Part shown: positions 11,401-20,433 of the stretch, piece by piece
Numbering within the stretch: position 1 is the first letter of the stretch
Layout: the number at the start of each line of letters is the position of its first letter
DNA from: a virus
Lineage: Duplodnaviria > Heunggongvirae > Uroviricota > Caudoviricetes
Virus record (IMG/VR): IMGVR_UViG_2645727636_000004
Span: 12,925 to 76,924 of that record
DNA: 64,000 bases
Strand: one strand, 5' to 3'
The notes under the pieces: generated by a model
Told to the model about the DNA's origin: nothing
What the model saw: the letters and a program-made list of their open reading frames with translations, nothing else
Database searches by the model: none
Translations under genes and position numbers: made by a program

Positions 11401-14400
11401 GTCTTGACGTTTACCAACAGCAGAACCACCAGAACGTTCAAATAATCTCTCAAATTCAGATGCATGTTGGGAAGATGATAAATCATTTCTTTGTAAAGAT
11501 GCTAAAGACTTTTTCTCAGTAGATTGCAACTCTTTCCAAGCATAGTCCAATTGAACTTGCATATCAGTCCAAGATTTACCTACTGATTTAGCGTAATCTT
11601 GTAGTCCTGTTTTACGCCCACCTAGCCATTGGAAAATACCTGACGCTCCTGAAGACTTATTGACAGCACTTGAATTAAAGCCTGATTCCTGTTGAATATT
11701 ACCCATAAGTCCTGCGATAGCTTTATCATTTAAACCTTTATTTTTGAAATAATTCCAAACTACAGCTTGTTGACTAGAAGCAGAGGAGGTTACCGTACCA
11801 TTACCAGAACGAATAGAATTTAAAGTAGCAGTAGGATTAATTGTTTGACCTTTAGAATTATTTTGTTCGTAGTGTAAGTGGGGTCCTGTAGAATGACCAG
11901 AGCTACCAGACTTACCGATTTGAGTTCCTGCTTCTACTTGATCGCCAACTTTTACTAGAGTGCTATCTAAGTGTGCTAGTAAATGTCTAATTCCATTTTT
12001 ATCTTCAATAACTACTAAGTTGCCGTAAGTCCAGTCCATCTTCTTGCCATTTGTTTCTGATGTTGCTGAACCTGCTTTGATGACTGTACCAGACGCAGGA
12101 GCATCTACACGAGTACCTTTAGGCATAGCAATATCTACGCCACGATGATTATCTGAACGTTCTCCATAACCAGAAGTAATTTTACCACTATATCCATTAA
12201 TCTTACCGTTCGAAGTAGATGGACTTGAAACGCTACCAGTTTGCTGAATCTTACCTGAAGCAATTTGAGATTGTATAGCTTTAGCTTGCTTTTGTTGTAA
12301 TGCTAGCTTTTCCTTCTCAAGCTTAATTTGAGATTCTAGTGATTTCTTATATTCTTTAGACCATTCGGGATACTTAGATTGTAACTTTTGCTGCTTTTCA
12401 ATTGCTAAATTAAGTTCTTCTAATTTTTGCTTATACTTATCAGTAATCCAAATGGATTTTTCTTTTTCAGCATTGTTCTCTTTTGTAGCTTTAGTATTAC
12501 TGCTAGTAGACTTAGAAGAGTTTTCAATGGCAGTAGAGAAACTATCAATTTTACCGATGTTAGTATTTAATGAATTTTGCAGAGCATCTAATTCAGATGT
12601 ATAATTACTTGTTTTAAATTGAGCTTGACCAAGTAATGTACCTGCTCGAGCAGCCTTCATACCGTAAGTATAACTGTTTGGGTCTCCACCTTTCATGCTT
12701 TCCATAGCTTTATTGTACGTATCCTGTAAAGCTTTTTGTAAAACATTTAAGGCTGCGATTTCTTTTTTTATATCTTCTATTACACGCATAGTTTTTCTAG
12801 TACTAGATAACATTGCGTCTTGGTCTGCACTCAGTTTACCGTCGCGAGAAAGCTTATTTGCTTTAAGAAGAACCTCATTAGCTTTAGTTTCTTGTTCAAT
12901 AGCTTTACGTTTCGCATCCGATAGGGCAATAGCTTTACCATCTTTACCAAGTAAATCAGGGTATATCCCTGACAGTTCCTTCATTATAGCTACACGATCA
13001 TCTAAGACTTTTTTAACTGAGCGTTCTTCTGCAGTTAAATTTTCTTTAACATAGATATCTTGAAGTTGTTGTTCTGTATAGCCTGCTAATTGATTGGATA
13101 GTGTGTCGTACTGCCATATTAAGTCGTTTAATGCATCAACTCCTGATTGAGATACTCCTGCCATTTGTTCAGTTACATCTTTGAATTCGCTCATTTTTGA
13201 GGCTAGTTCTGATACTGCGTTACCTGATTGTTCTGCGCCTTCACCGAACTCAACTGCGTTAGCTGCAGCTTGTTCAAAACTTATTCCACTTTCTTTTGCA
13301 GCTTTCGCTATTTTCTCATGCTGTACAACTGCATTTTCATATGTCTTGTTAAGCAAATCCATTACAGCTTTTCTGTCTTCTTCGTCTTTAATAACATCTT
13401 TTAAAAGCTTTGGAAGACCATCCAACATAGCTTTAACATTTGTTGATGTTTTTCCAAAATCTTCTTCTGTAGCATTAGCCATATCACTGAATGATTTAGA
13501 AATATTAGCAGTTATCTCATTTGCTTTACTAGATAACTCGTCATTACCGTTATAGGAGAATAGTGTTTCTAAACCATTTTTTAGATCATTAATGTTACTA
13601 GAATCAGACATTGAAAGTAGTTGTGATGAGAAAACTTGAGCCATTTCTTTTGTAGAGTCTTGCAATGATGAATTTGTACTAATCATGGCATTTAATGATG
13701 CTATATATTGCGTTTTTAGGTTAGCAGTTGACTTATTCATCTCAAGTTCATGTGGTAATACAGCTTTATATGTCTCTTCTAGCATGAATAATAATTTACT
13801 GTAGTACTCTACTAAACCATCGTTGCCTGAATTTTTAGCTTCGAGGTGCTTAGTTTTAACTTCATCTAATTTTTTAGCAACTTCGTCAGCAGTTTTATAT
13901 AATGGTTCGCCTTCATCATTAACAAGTCTAATTACAACGTCTTTTGGTACATCGAGTTTTTTAGCCCACTTTAAAGAGTTATCATCATAATTTGCTAATA
14001 CCTGTAAACGTCCTTGCATTTTGTCTTTAGCTGAGTTCATATCTGAATTATAAGTATCGATATCTTCATTTCTCTTCTTATTTGCTTCAGCATCAGCTAT
14101 TTGTTTATCTATCTCTAATTGTTGTTTGAGTAAGTCAATCTTAACTTTAAGTGCGTCACTTGTACCTATTAATTTATTACCGTAGGAATCTTCACCAGTA
14201 ACCAAAGAAGGGAGCTTTGTGCCAATTTCATTTTGGATATCCCGATATTCATTAATAGTTTTAGAGTCGACATTAGATAATGCCATTTTTTTCTCTAGTT
14301 CTTCATATTTCTTTGATAACTCATCAATATCTGTAGCATTTTGACTATACGAATTAAGCATTTCTTTATTAGCAGATTCTAACTCTTCAGCTTTTTGACG

Positions 14401-14982
14401 AGCTTCGCCCATCTTACTCATTAGTTTTTCAATAACAAAGCCAATGGCAACTAAAGGCAATCCTACGCCTAAAGAAGATATGAACCCTTTAAACGCTATA
14501 CCTAAACCTTTCCATGCCACTTCTAATCCTCTAGATGTCGCTGTCAAAAGATTAGTTGCAGTGGTAGTAGCTGTTGCAGCACCTCTAAATCCAAGCAATG
14601 AAATAATAGAGCTGCCAACGTTAGCGCTTAATGTTCTAAAGTTATTAGATAAAGCGAATGTTGCCATACCTGCAGTGCCTAAAACGATAGGGAGTAACCC
14701 AACTCCATTTACAAGACTAGTTATAGTACCTAATCCACCTGAAGCTAATTGAAGAAATGTCACCATGCCATCTGTGAGAAAGGCGTCTCCTATTGATACT
14801 GCTAACTTTTCAAATTCAACTCGTGTCAATGCAATTCGTGCTTCGAGTGAACGCATGTAAATTTCATTTTCTCGCATTGCACTTCCGGAACTATTCTTAG
14901 ATGTTTCGTACATGTCTCTGTACATTGATTTTGCAGAACCTAAATCATCTAATAATGCTTGCATACGAGATATGTGATATTT
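8479..14982 (-). CDS. Tape measure protein exon 3 (2167 aa; M23 peptidase and phage-tail lysozyme domains)
   Basis: Exon starts AAA TAT CAC ATA TCT CGT ATG (KYHISRM) after intron-terminal G at 14983; HRGVDIA..HL..GPHLHYE (M23) and GNIQQESGF..GIFQWLGGR (lysozyme). Confidence 0.9.
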   Translation of the reverse strand, partial: KYHISRMQALLDDLGSAKSMYRDMYETSKNSSGSAMRENEIYMRSLEARIALTRVEFEKLAVSIGDAFLTDGMVTFLQLASGGLGTITSLVNGVGLLPIVLGTAGMATFALSNNFRTLSANVGSSIISLLGFRGAATATTTATNLLTATSRGLEVAWKGLGIAFKGFISSLGVGLPLVAIGFVIEKLMSKMGEARQKAEELESANKEMLNSYSQNATDIDELSKKYEELEKKMALSNVDSKTINEYRDIQNEIGTKLPSLVTGEDSYGNKLIGTSDALKVKIDLLKQQLEIDKQIADAEANKKRNEDIDTYNSDMNSAKDKMQGRLQVLANYDDNSLKWAKKLDVPKDVVIRLVNDEGEPLYKTADEVAKKLDEVKTKHLEAKNSGNDGLVEYYSKLLFMLEETYKAVLPHELEMNKSTANLKTQYIASLNAMISTNSSLQDSTKEMAQVFSSQLLSMSDSSNINDLKNGLETLFSYNGNDELSSKANEITANISKSFSDMANATEEDFGKTSTNVKAMLDGLPKLLKDVIKDEEDRKAVMDLLNKTYENAVVQHEKIAKAAKESGISFEQAAANAVEFGEGAEQSGNAVSELASKMSEFKDVTEQMAGVSQSGVDALNDLIWQYDTLSNQLAGYTEQQLQDIYVKENLTAEERSVKKVLDDRVAIMKELSGIYPDLLGKDGKAIALSDAKRKAIEQETKANEVLLKANKLSRDGKLSADQDAMLSSTRKTMRVIEDIKKEIAALNVLQKALQDTYNKAMESMKGGDPNSYTYGMKAARAGTLLGQAQFKTSNYTSELDALQNSLNTNIGKIDSFSTAIENSSKSTSSNTKATKENNAEKEKSIWITDKYKQKLEELNLAIEKQQKLQSKYPEWSKEYKKSLESQIKLEKEKLALQQKQAKAIQSQIASGKIQQTGSVSSPSTSNGKINGYSGKITSGYGERSDNHRGVDIAMPKGTRVDAPASGTVIKAGSATSETNGKKMDWTYGNLVVIEDKNGIRHLLAHLDSTLVKVGDQVEAGTQIGKSGSSGHSTGPHLHYEQNNSKGQTINPTATLNSIRSGNGTVTSSASSQQAVVWNYFKNKGLNDKAIAGLMGNIQQESGFNSSAVNKSSGASGIFQWLGGRKTGLQDYAKSVGKSWTDMQVQLDYAWKELQSTEKKSLASLQRNDLSSSQHASEFERLFERSGGSAVGKRQDYANQYYNQFAGTNGGAGIGIDTSQQAIDQAKSDLLSLQGDALNTQSIIDNLNEELVKSNLAYYDHLIDGVDRSIQMSNILASQQSEHSKAYRDELEKETKHLKYKQTLLHNEANFIRNQLKRKDLSPALKGELTTQLSELSLAWWDVAESIKDVNEKIQNSKVESYIAKYDELRQIQDKTISYEKAKLEELDTSSARYVKTLASINNAMREKQNSNRYELTQLTALINKNELQGDALEYAKNRIEELTLSIKELQIEIQDGDYDILINIKTQSDEKIGIMESAINQAEAIRKMFDEGSADYVKYTKVILAEYEKMAKQHLATRDALVAELQQRDVKAERIKEINKLMAEEHLAYVNATLSIKEYTKQVEEANKSQLESVADKAINAYKEYIQERRDEHIKTLDDEIKHENEKHEQIMKNLNDEMDLFRKNVEDKLRLIDRQEAQRSYDMEISDLEKERNNVQSQFDELALDNSHEGKAKRKKLKEQLDEIDKQIEEKRHSREVELRKESLNDALEAKEEEVNEKIELQDKEHENVINKINREKEYWEKHYKDLLNDERKFAEMREAILSGHFEKIDAEFQEYVQKMINTMPLLEDSLDGTMVAVGTSIRQNVIDNLNEALKLIDEFNDSQKASDNGSFNFNPYDGNQVQTSNGNLSQGDLQVLLGKFLFDNVAPNTSGSEKDNIRQMAEKLAEQGRKNGSTQFTKDDVNFNDSIKGLTQADMDALYEYFDSSKGMLGGNYDSFIEQFISSISGNKHESTNDGSLSKADMQVMLGKFIYEKLVPDTSLSANTKTALKAKADGVAKQGRNGGSKISENVTFDAIKSTYTSGQVNQMKSFFDSNLGMIDNAKTRELMQRKIASLDTGGFMNWNGTGIDGKGGKAIIAHPNEIMLNKVDTKGFFDSINVMDKVMSNLSPFLSKFAPAQKTSPVVSGDTYGDIKINFNIDKMNGDKNDLSRFNKMIDDDLLRRKGVRK

Positions 14983-15298
14983 CTTTTGTAATATAGTAAT
15001 TACATACCCTCAGTTTCCTGATATTTAGTAGGGAATAGACTATATCTTCATTATTATAAATAATGTGTGGCGCTATTGAGTTTCATGATCATATCAAAAG
15101 AGACTTAGACCGTATACTCTAGTCGTTGCACCTTCAAGAGAGTTTCCTCACAAGCTTGGCACAGGATTGTCATATCTTAAATGAGACTTAGATGTTCCCT
15201 GTTAGCACATTTATTAATTGTCATTTCCTACAATTCCTTAACGTTAAATGTACACCTTTATAAATAAAGTTCACCACATTTAAAGCGAGCCAATATCA
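14983..15298 (-). mobile_element. Group I intron 2 in TMP gene (316 nt, no ORF, IA-like with P7 insertion)
   Basis: 5' splice after GCGGGU; P1 AGCGGGU/GCUCGCU with U.G; P10 UGAUAUU/AAUAUCA; P CUAACAGGGAA, Q AAUCCUGUG, R GCAACGACUA, S AAGAUAUAGUCUA; ends in G; splicing restores the frame. Confidence 0.92.
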
Positions 15299-15502
15299 AC
15301 CCGCTAAGCCTTCCATGACACTGATTCTTTCGACGTCATTCAGCTCTTTCACTTTGTTTGCAACATCAGTATATACATCTATAATGTCGCGCATATTTCC
15401 AGATTTGTCAGTAAGAGAGACATCTACCATTTTTAATGCATCTTGAGCCGGATCACTTACTAAACGAGGTAATACGTTTTTAACAAAGTTTCCAACTTCA
15501 TC
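15299..15502 (-). CDS. Tape measure protein exon 2 (68 aa)
   Basis: DEVGNFVKNVLPRL...ERISVMEGLAG continues the TMP motif TASTKQSG-DEVGN..K; flanked by intron-terminal G and a GGU 5' splice site. Confidence 0.92.
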
Positions 15503-15811
15503 CAAATATACCCTAGCTTTCGCTATATTTTAACACTTCACAAAGAAGTGGGAGTAGACTATACCATTAACTCATAATAAAAATCACCTTTAATCACATT
15601 CCACTGTTTAATAAGGTGATAAATAAAATATTTTTATGTATTTTTATTTGTTGATATCTTTTTATTTTCTTCACGTAAGAAAACATAATGCTTTTTAAAG
15701 CTTGTGAATAAAATGAGGTAGGGGACTTATATCTAGTGCAATTTATTTCAATTCACACATTTCATGTAGAAAGGACATATATATAATGTGTGATCCTTCT
15801 TTAAATCATAC

Positions 15812-15866
15812 TTGAACTTCTAGCCACTTAACACTCTTACAGGTTGCTTGAAGTGGAGGTCTTTCT
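15812..15866 (-). mobile_element. Degenerate IS200/IS605-family right-end relic
   Basis: AGAAAGACCTCCACTTCAAGCAACCTGTAAGAGTGTTAAGTGGCTAGAAGTTCAAG resembles Bacillota IS605/IS1341 ends (CCACTTCAA...TAAGTGG..GTTCA); no tnpA/tnpB present. Confidence 0.5.
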
Positions 15867-15877
15867 GTTAGAAACTG

Positions 15878-15911
15878 ATAAAAACACCCTCCAAATTAAT
15901 GTAGGGTGTTT
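15878..15911 (-). terminator. Intrinsic terminator inside intron 1 cargo
   Basis: AAACACCCT/AGGGTGTTT stem plus U-tract. Confidence 0.7.
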
Positions 15912-15921
15912 AACGAAAGAT

Positions 15922-16011
15922 AAGTTATTTAGCAGGTGGCAATCTGCATCTCTTGTAAGACCAATAATTTATATTGGTGTGGCGGCTGCCTGTTCCGCCC
16001 TTAAATAACTT
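15922..16011 (-). ncRNA. Candidate structured RNA (multi-stem junction with kissing loops) downstream of PBECR-like gene
   Basis: 10-bp closing stem AAGUUAUUUA/UAAAUAACUU; hairpins GGCGG/CCGCC, ACCAAUA/UAUUGGU, GCAG/CUGC; loops GGCAG and UUGCC are complementary; GC-rich in an AT-rich context. Confidence 0.65.
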
Positions 16012-16076
16012 ACCACTTATATCTTATGTTCAATATAACATATCTATGCTTACATGTAAATAACTTTAGTTAATAT

Positions 16077-16499
16077 TTATTCCACTTTTTTAACCCTACC
16101 AGATGAAATATAGTTATTAAGTTTAGAATCTTTAATTGGATAAGATGTTCTAAATACTAAATTTCCTTTGGTGTTAATCCTAACTGCAATCATCAAATTT
16201 TTATCAATCTTTTTTATAAACTCAATACTCTTTCCACTTGGATGTACACCTACATATTCTGGATTTCGAATGACATCTGGTATTGCTTTAACATGTTCTA
16301 TGTATTGTTTTTCATTATCAAATTCATTTTTATGCTTATCGATATACGCAAATCTATCTCTCCATATTATAATATCTTTTTGATTTATAGTAATTCCTAG
16401 TAAGTCAATTATCTCGTCAGTAATTCTTCCGATAGTATAAACTTCTTTATCTAAATTATCTAAATCAAATAAATCTAACCGATTATCATCTGACATCAT
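16077..16499 (-). CDS. PBECR-like (barnase/RelE-fold) nuclease domain protein, intron-borne
   Basis: RBS GGGGGAG; IGRITDEIIDLLGI...YIDKHK...IPDVIRNPEYVGVHPSGKSIEFIK...LMIAVR...FRTSY; no LAGLIDADG/HNH/GIY-YIG motif. Confidence 0.65.
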   Translation of the reverse strand: MMSDDNRLDLFDLDNLDKEVYTIGRITDEIIDLLGITINQKDIIIWRDRFAYIDKHKNEFDNEKQYIEHVKAIPDVIRNPEYVGVHPSGKSIEFIKKIDKNLMIAVRINTKGNLVFRTSYPIKDSKLNNYISSGRVKKVE

Positions 16500-16592
16500 A
16501 ACTCCCCCAATCCACTTAATTATAAGTAAATTGGAAATAATTATCTCTAATAAGCTTTTGATATCAGTATTAAATTTTGATTATTTAAACTA

Positions 16593-16668
16593 GTAGGGAA
16601 GTGGAGTTAGGATGTCTTACTTATCAAAAATACTCATAACTTCCTTCTATATCTATATAGTTAAATAT
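16593..16668 (-). promoter_or_regulatory. Conserved leader element, copy B
   Basis: 76-nt ungapped match (61/76 identical) to 21909..21984; core GGAAGTYATGA...CATCCTAACT..ACTTCCCTA. Confidence 0.75.
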
Positions 16669-16960
16669 ATAATATACGAAATAACTTTATTTAATGTACA
16701 ATTGCCGATATTATATATTTTATTTAATAAATGGTGGAATGTGATTAATTTTAATTATGAGTTACCCCTTGATAGTCGTTGAGAGCTTACCATATGTATA
16801 TTACACTTAGGTCTATCTCTGCTGATTTTCACCATGTCCTTTATATTTTCAGATATTAATATCGTTTCCAATAAAAATTACTAATAAAGGCTGTGAGACG
16901 AGTTTCCAGCATATTCAGGGTTTGCTATGCACATCGCTGTGCAAAGGGGCGATGAAGTTT

Positions 16961-19342
16961 ACCCGATTGTTTGGTAGACGCTGTAACTGTACCGACAATT
17001 GCATTAAGCTGATCAAATTCTAATCCCATTGCACGAGCAGTTGCCCCTGCACGAGATTGACCTTTTGCTAATTTTTCTGTTGTTGTTGCAAAGTTATTGG
17101 ATATATTATTCCAACTATCAATTATTCCCATAGCTTCTGACGCATCTTTTTTCCACTGCACCAAAGAAGCCGTCATGTATTCCGACGCTGCCTGAGCCGT
17201 TATCTCACCTACGTTTGATGCAACTAAACCTGCATCTGCTAACGTTCCTAACTCGTCGCCTTTATAACCTTGACGTGAAAATTCGATATATGCATCAAGC
17301 GCCTTGCTTATACTTTGACCATAAGCCTCTGCTGATTGAGTGGCTCTATCAAAAACTGCGCCAATATCTGTTCCATCATCTACTACTTTTTGAATAGAGA
17401 CTAATTTTGAGTCGATATCAACTAGTATGGAGGCGAATTCCTTGGCAGTACGGACAGTGCCATAAAATATTGTACTGGCGCTCATCCAGATAGGAAACTT
17501 CTGCATGGCTACGCCAAATGCCTCCATTACTCCAGTAGAGCCTTTAGCAGCTTGAGTGGATTCGGCATGGAATTGTTTAACTTTCTCTTTTAAAGCATCA
17601 ATTTCTTTTTGACTATTCTTCAGAGAAGTAGGATTAATAATATTTAACTTACTAAGTTTCTCTATCTCTTTTCTTAATTCCTCAGCTTTGGACTTGTCCA
17701 TTGTACGAGGGAATAACTTTTCAGTTCTTGTTAATTCTGAATTAAGTCTAGAAAGGGAGTTTTGCTGTTTTTCAAATGTATCTAAATTCTTTTCACTATT
17801 TTTTAACTTATCAAATTTAGTACTCATTTGAGTCAACAAATTATTAACATGAGCTAGGTTGCCAGTTTCAATTCTTGATAGGGAATCAGCAAATTTGCTT
17901 ATTTCTTTATTAGTGAGCAATCCTGATTCTTTCATTTTTTGAAGTAAATCATTAATCTCACGAGTCTTAGTTTCAAATTGTTTTAAACTGTTACTATCTT
18001 GTCCTAGTTGACGGATATTTTTAGAGGTATCAGAAATTAATTTGTTCAAAGTTTTAATGTCTTCAGGAGTATTGATCTTCATATTATTAATCGAATCAAT
18101 ATCAGATTTAATCTTTGTAAATAAAGTATTGCTTGAAGGCACATTAAAACCATTTGTTACATTTTTTAATTTACTATTTAATCGCTCTACTTCATTACCA
18201 ATATTTTTAAATGCATTAGAAGTTTGAGCATCAATTTGTGTATTCTTAGCAAATTTATTTATTTCTTTATTTAAATTACCTAACTCAGTTACTGTAGTAG
18301 CTAATTTTGCATCTTGAGTAAACTTAGCTAAATCAGAAGAGGTAATTTTTCCTTGACGCTGTAATAGTTCTAAATTATCCGTAACAGATTTATATTTTTC
18401 TTGTAATTTAATATATGTATTTATTTCTTTTTCTACAGAAGAGAAATCCCTATTAGCCGACTTCATTCCTGTAATTGAATCGAAATTTGAACCTGCTACT
18501 TTATCCAATCTACTCAAAAACTTATCTACAACAACAGGATTGAATGCATTATTCTTATCTTTAGTAAACTGATTTAACTTTTGAGATAATTCGATAGCTT
18601 GCTGATTAATATTTGCCATTGAATTCTGCATTTTATTTTCATGAGTAGTTTCTTTATTAATACTTCTCATGGACTCTAATACTTTATTTAATTCGGTATT
18701 ATTGATAGAAGAACTAATACTATTCCTGAATTGCTCATATTTCTCTTTTGATAACTCACCTTGACGAGCAAATTTGTTTAACTCTTCAATACCTTTGGTT
18801 ACATTAACTTTTAAGTCTTTTGAGCTAATATTATGTACAGTTTGATTGATTTGTTTTAGTCCAACCAATGTGCCAGAGGGGTCAAGGATAGGTTTTAGTT
18901 GAGTTTCCTGAATTTGGTTTAATCCAGTTTTCACTCTGGTAACAACAGCATCTATCTTTTCTATTCCTTGTGAGTCTACGACAGTCTTAATCTTGTATTC
19001 GCCATTTTGCTGCTTAACATGATTCTTCAACTGATCGAGAGATTTCATTGACTCAACGACATCTTGTTTAATACCTTGAGCTAGGGTAGGGGAGTGAGAC
19101 TTCTTTGAACCTACATTGCTTAATTCTTGATTTAATTGAGTGACTTGCTTCTGTAATGATTCAATTTCTTTACGCATATTCTCAAAGGTGTTACCGTTAC
19201 CTTTGATTGCATTTAATTCAACATCTAATTTTAAGTCTTTTTTTAACTTGTCTAGATAACTTTGAATATTATTTTTTGACGATGAGTCGTTTACGCCCAA
19301 GGCAATCAACAATTCAATTGGATTTTTTGTAGCCATTTTCAT
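16961..19342 (-). CDS. Tape measure protein exon 1 (794 aa)
   Basis: TP901-type TMP motifs (QKFPIWMSAS, LGTLADAGLVASNVG, LNAIVGTVTASTKQSG); the ORF-track tail KLHRPFAQRCA is intron read-through. Confidence 0.92.
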
Positions 19343-19360
19343 CCTCCTTTATTAATTTGC

Positions 19361-19418
19361 AAAATAAAAAGAAGAAGGCAAGTGAAATATAATCACTCAA
19401 CTTCTTCTTTTTATTTTT
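19361..19418. terminator. Bidirectional terminator-like hairpin upstream of TMP
   Basis: AAAATAAAAAGAAGAAG.../...CTTCTTCTTTTTATTTT inverted repeat. Confidence 0.6.
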
Positions 19419-19494
19419 ATGTATTTAGTTTATAAATAAAAACCCTTCCAAATGAAAGGGAAAGCAGCTGCTGTATAAAATTGTCTTATGTATG

Positions 19495-19827
19495 CTATTT
19501 ATGAACAGTTAGGTTTTCATGGAACTTATCAAATTCAGAAACTATTTTATTATAGTCATCTAAATTTAAAGTGCCGACATAACTAGAACCTTTATTAAAC
19601 TTAACTCTTTTAAAGTTGTCTAATTGAACGTAAGATTCATTTCTTAAATTAGCTTCTCTCCAGTAATCTATTTTAACTCTATTAGACGGTCTTGGAGTAG
19701 ACGTTATTTTTAAAGCGATAAAATCTGTAGATTCAGTAATTAAAATAAAAACAAGGACAGGGCGATATTTACTGCCTCGTCCTTCTTCAAAAGGAAAGTC
19801 AATCTTGTATATATCTCCAACTTTCAT
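19495..19827 (-). CDS. PemK/MazF-family endoribonuclease toxin
   Basis: GDIYKIDFPF....KYRPVLV...ALKITS pattern, 110 aa. Confidence 0.8.
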   Translation of the reverse strand: MKVGDIYKIDFPFEEGRGSKYRPVLVFILITESTDFIALKITSTPRPSNRVKIDYWREANLRNESYVQLDNFKRVKFNKGSSYVGTLNLDDYNKIVSEFDKFHENLTVHK

Positions 19828-19834
19828 AACTCAA

Positions 19835-20032
19835 TTAATCCTCCATCCAAAATTCATAATCGGGGTGAGAAGAATCTATTTGAGCAATGCCATTTTCCAC
19901 TATAAGGGGTTCTTGTTTTGATGCTAGTTCTTTGATAAGTTCGATGTTTTTAATACTCAATCTAACTTCTTTTGCTTCGATTTTTTCTTCATTTAGAACT
20001 CCTAACATTTCTTCATCCTCCTTTTCATTCAT
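19835..20032 (-). CDS. Probable antitoxin
   Basis: 65-aa acidic ORF ending 7 bp before the toxin. Confidence 0.6.
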   Translation of the reverse strand: MNEKEDEEMLGVLNEEKIEAKEVRLSIKNIELIKELASKQEPLIVENGIAQIDSSHPDYEFWMED

Positions 20033-20105
20033 TGTCTATCACCTCCCAATATATACAATAGAGATACTATTATATATGAGAGTTTGATAGAGTTTAGTTA
20101 AGAAA

Positions 20106-20133
20106 ATTATAGCATATATTAGCATATTATCAA
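20106..20133 (-). promoter_or_regulatory. sigA-type promoter of the TA pair with tandem TAGCATAT repeat
   Basis: TTGATA-16-TATAAT with TG extension; direct repeat at 20110-20117 and 20120-20127. Confidence 0.6.
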
Positions 20134-20433
20134 GAATGTTTAACTTTTCCTCCGACAATAAATGATAACTTTGAAGGAGATGCTATAAAAAGTATTCAAA
20201 TAGGGATCATACTCAACGTGTGAACCCTATTTATAACGCACTCATCTTGCGATATAATTTTAACTTAGTCGTACACAACGTGCGAGCAAGATTATGTAAA
20301 AACCCCCAAAATAAAAGTTAGGAGGATGACCAGAAGGTTTTGGTTTTCGATGTACGTGATGCAATTTCACGCCCTAAAGGCTGCGTATGTTATATAAGTT
20401 ATAGAGTAGGGGAGTAGAGTTAAATATTAGTCA

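Larger units (their letters stand above)
15503..16960 (-). mobile_element. Group I intron 1 in TMP gene (1458 nt, ~1.1-kb cargo in P8 loop)
   Basis: 5' splice after UCGGGU; IGS AACUUCAUC is complementary to exon 2 start GAUGAAGUU; P UGCUGGAAA, Q AAUCAGCAG, R UCAACGACUA, S AUGGUAUAGUCUA; P3 CCCCUUUG/UCAAGGGG; P8 stems of 11 and 15 bp close the cargo; terminal G at 15503. Confidence 0.92.

Noticed and set aside
15922-16668. Classical type III TA (ToxIN/CptIN/TenpIN)
   Set aside because: No tandem repeat array upstream of the toxin; the RNA is single-copy and downstream
15503-16960. Canonical IStron or HEG-containing intron
   Set aside because: No tnpA/tnpB and no LAGLIDADG/GIY-YIG/HNH ORF; the intron 3' end is a normal P9/terminal G
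8479-19342. Three separate genes or a frameshifted TMP pseudogene, as the ORF track implies
   Set aside because: Both gaps have full group I cores and exact in-frame splice junctions
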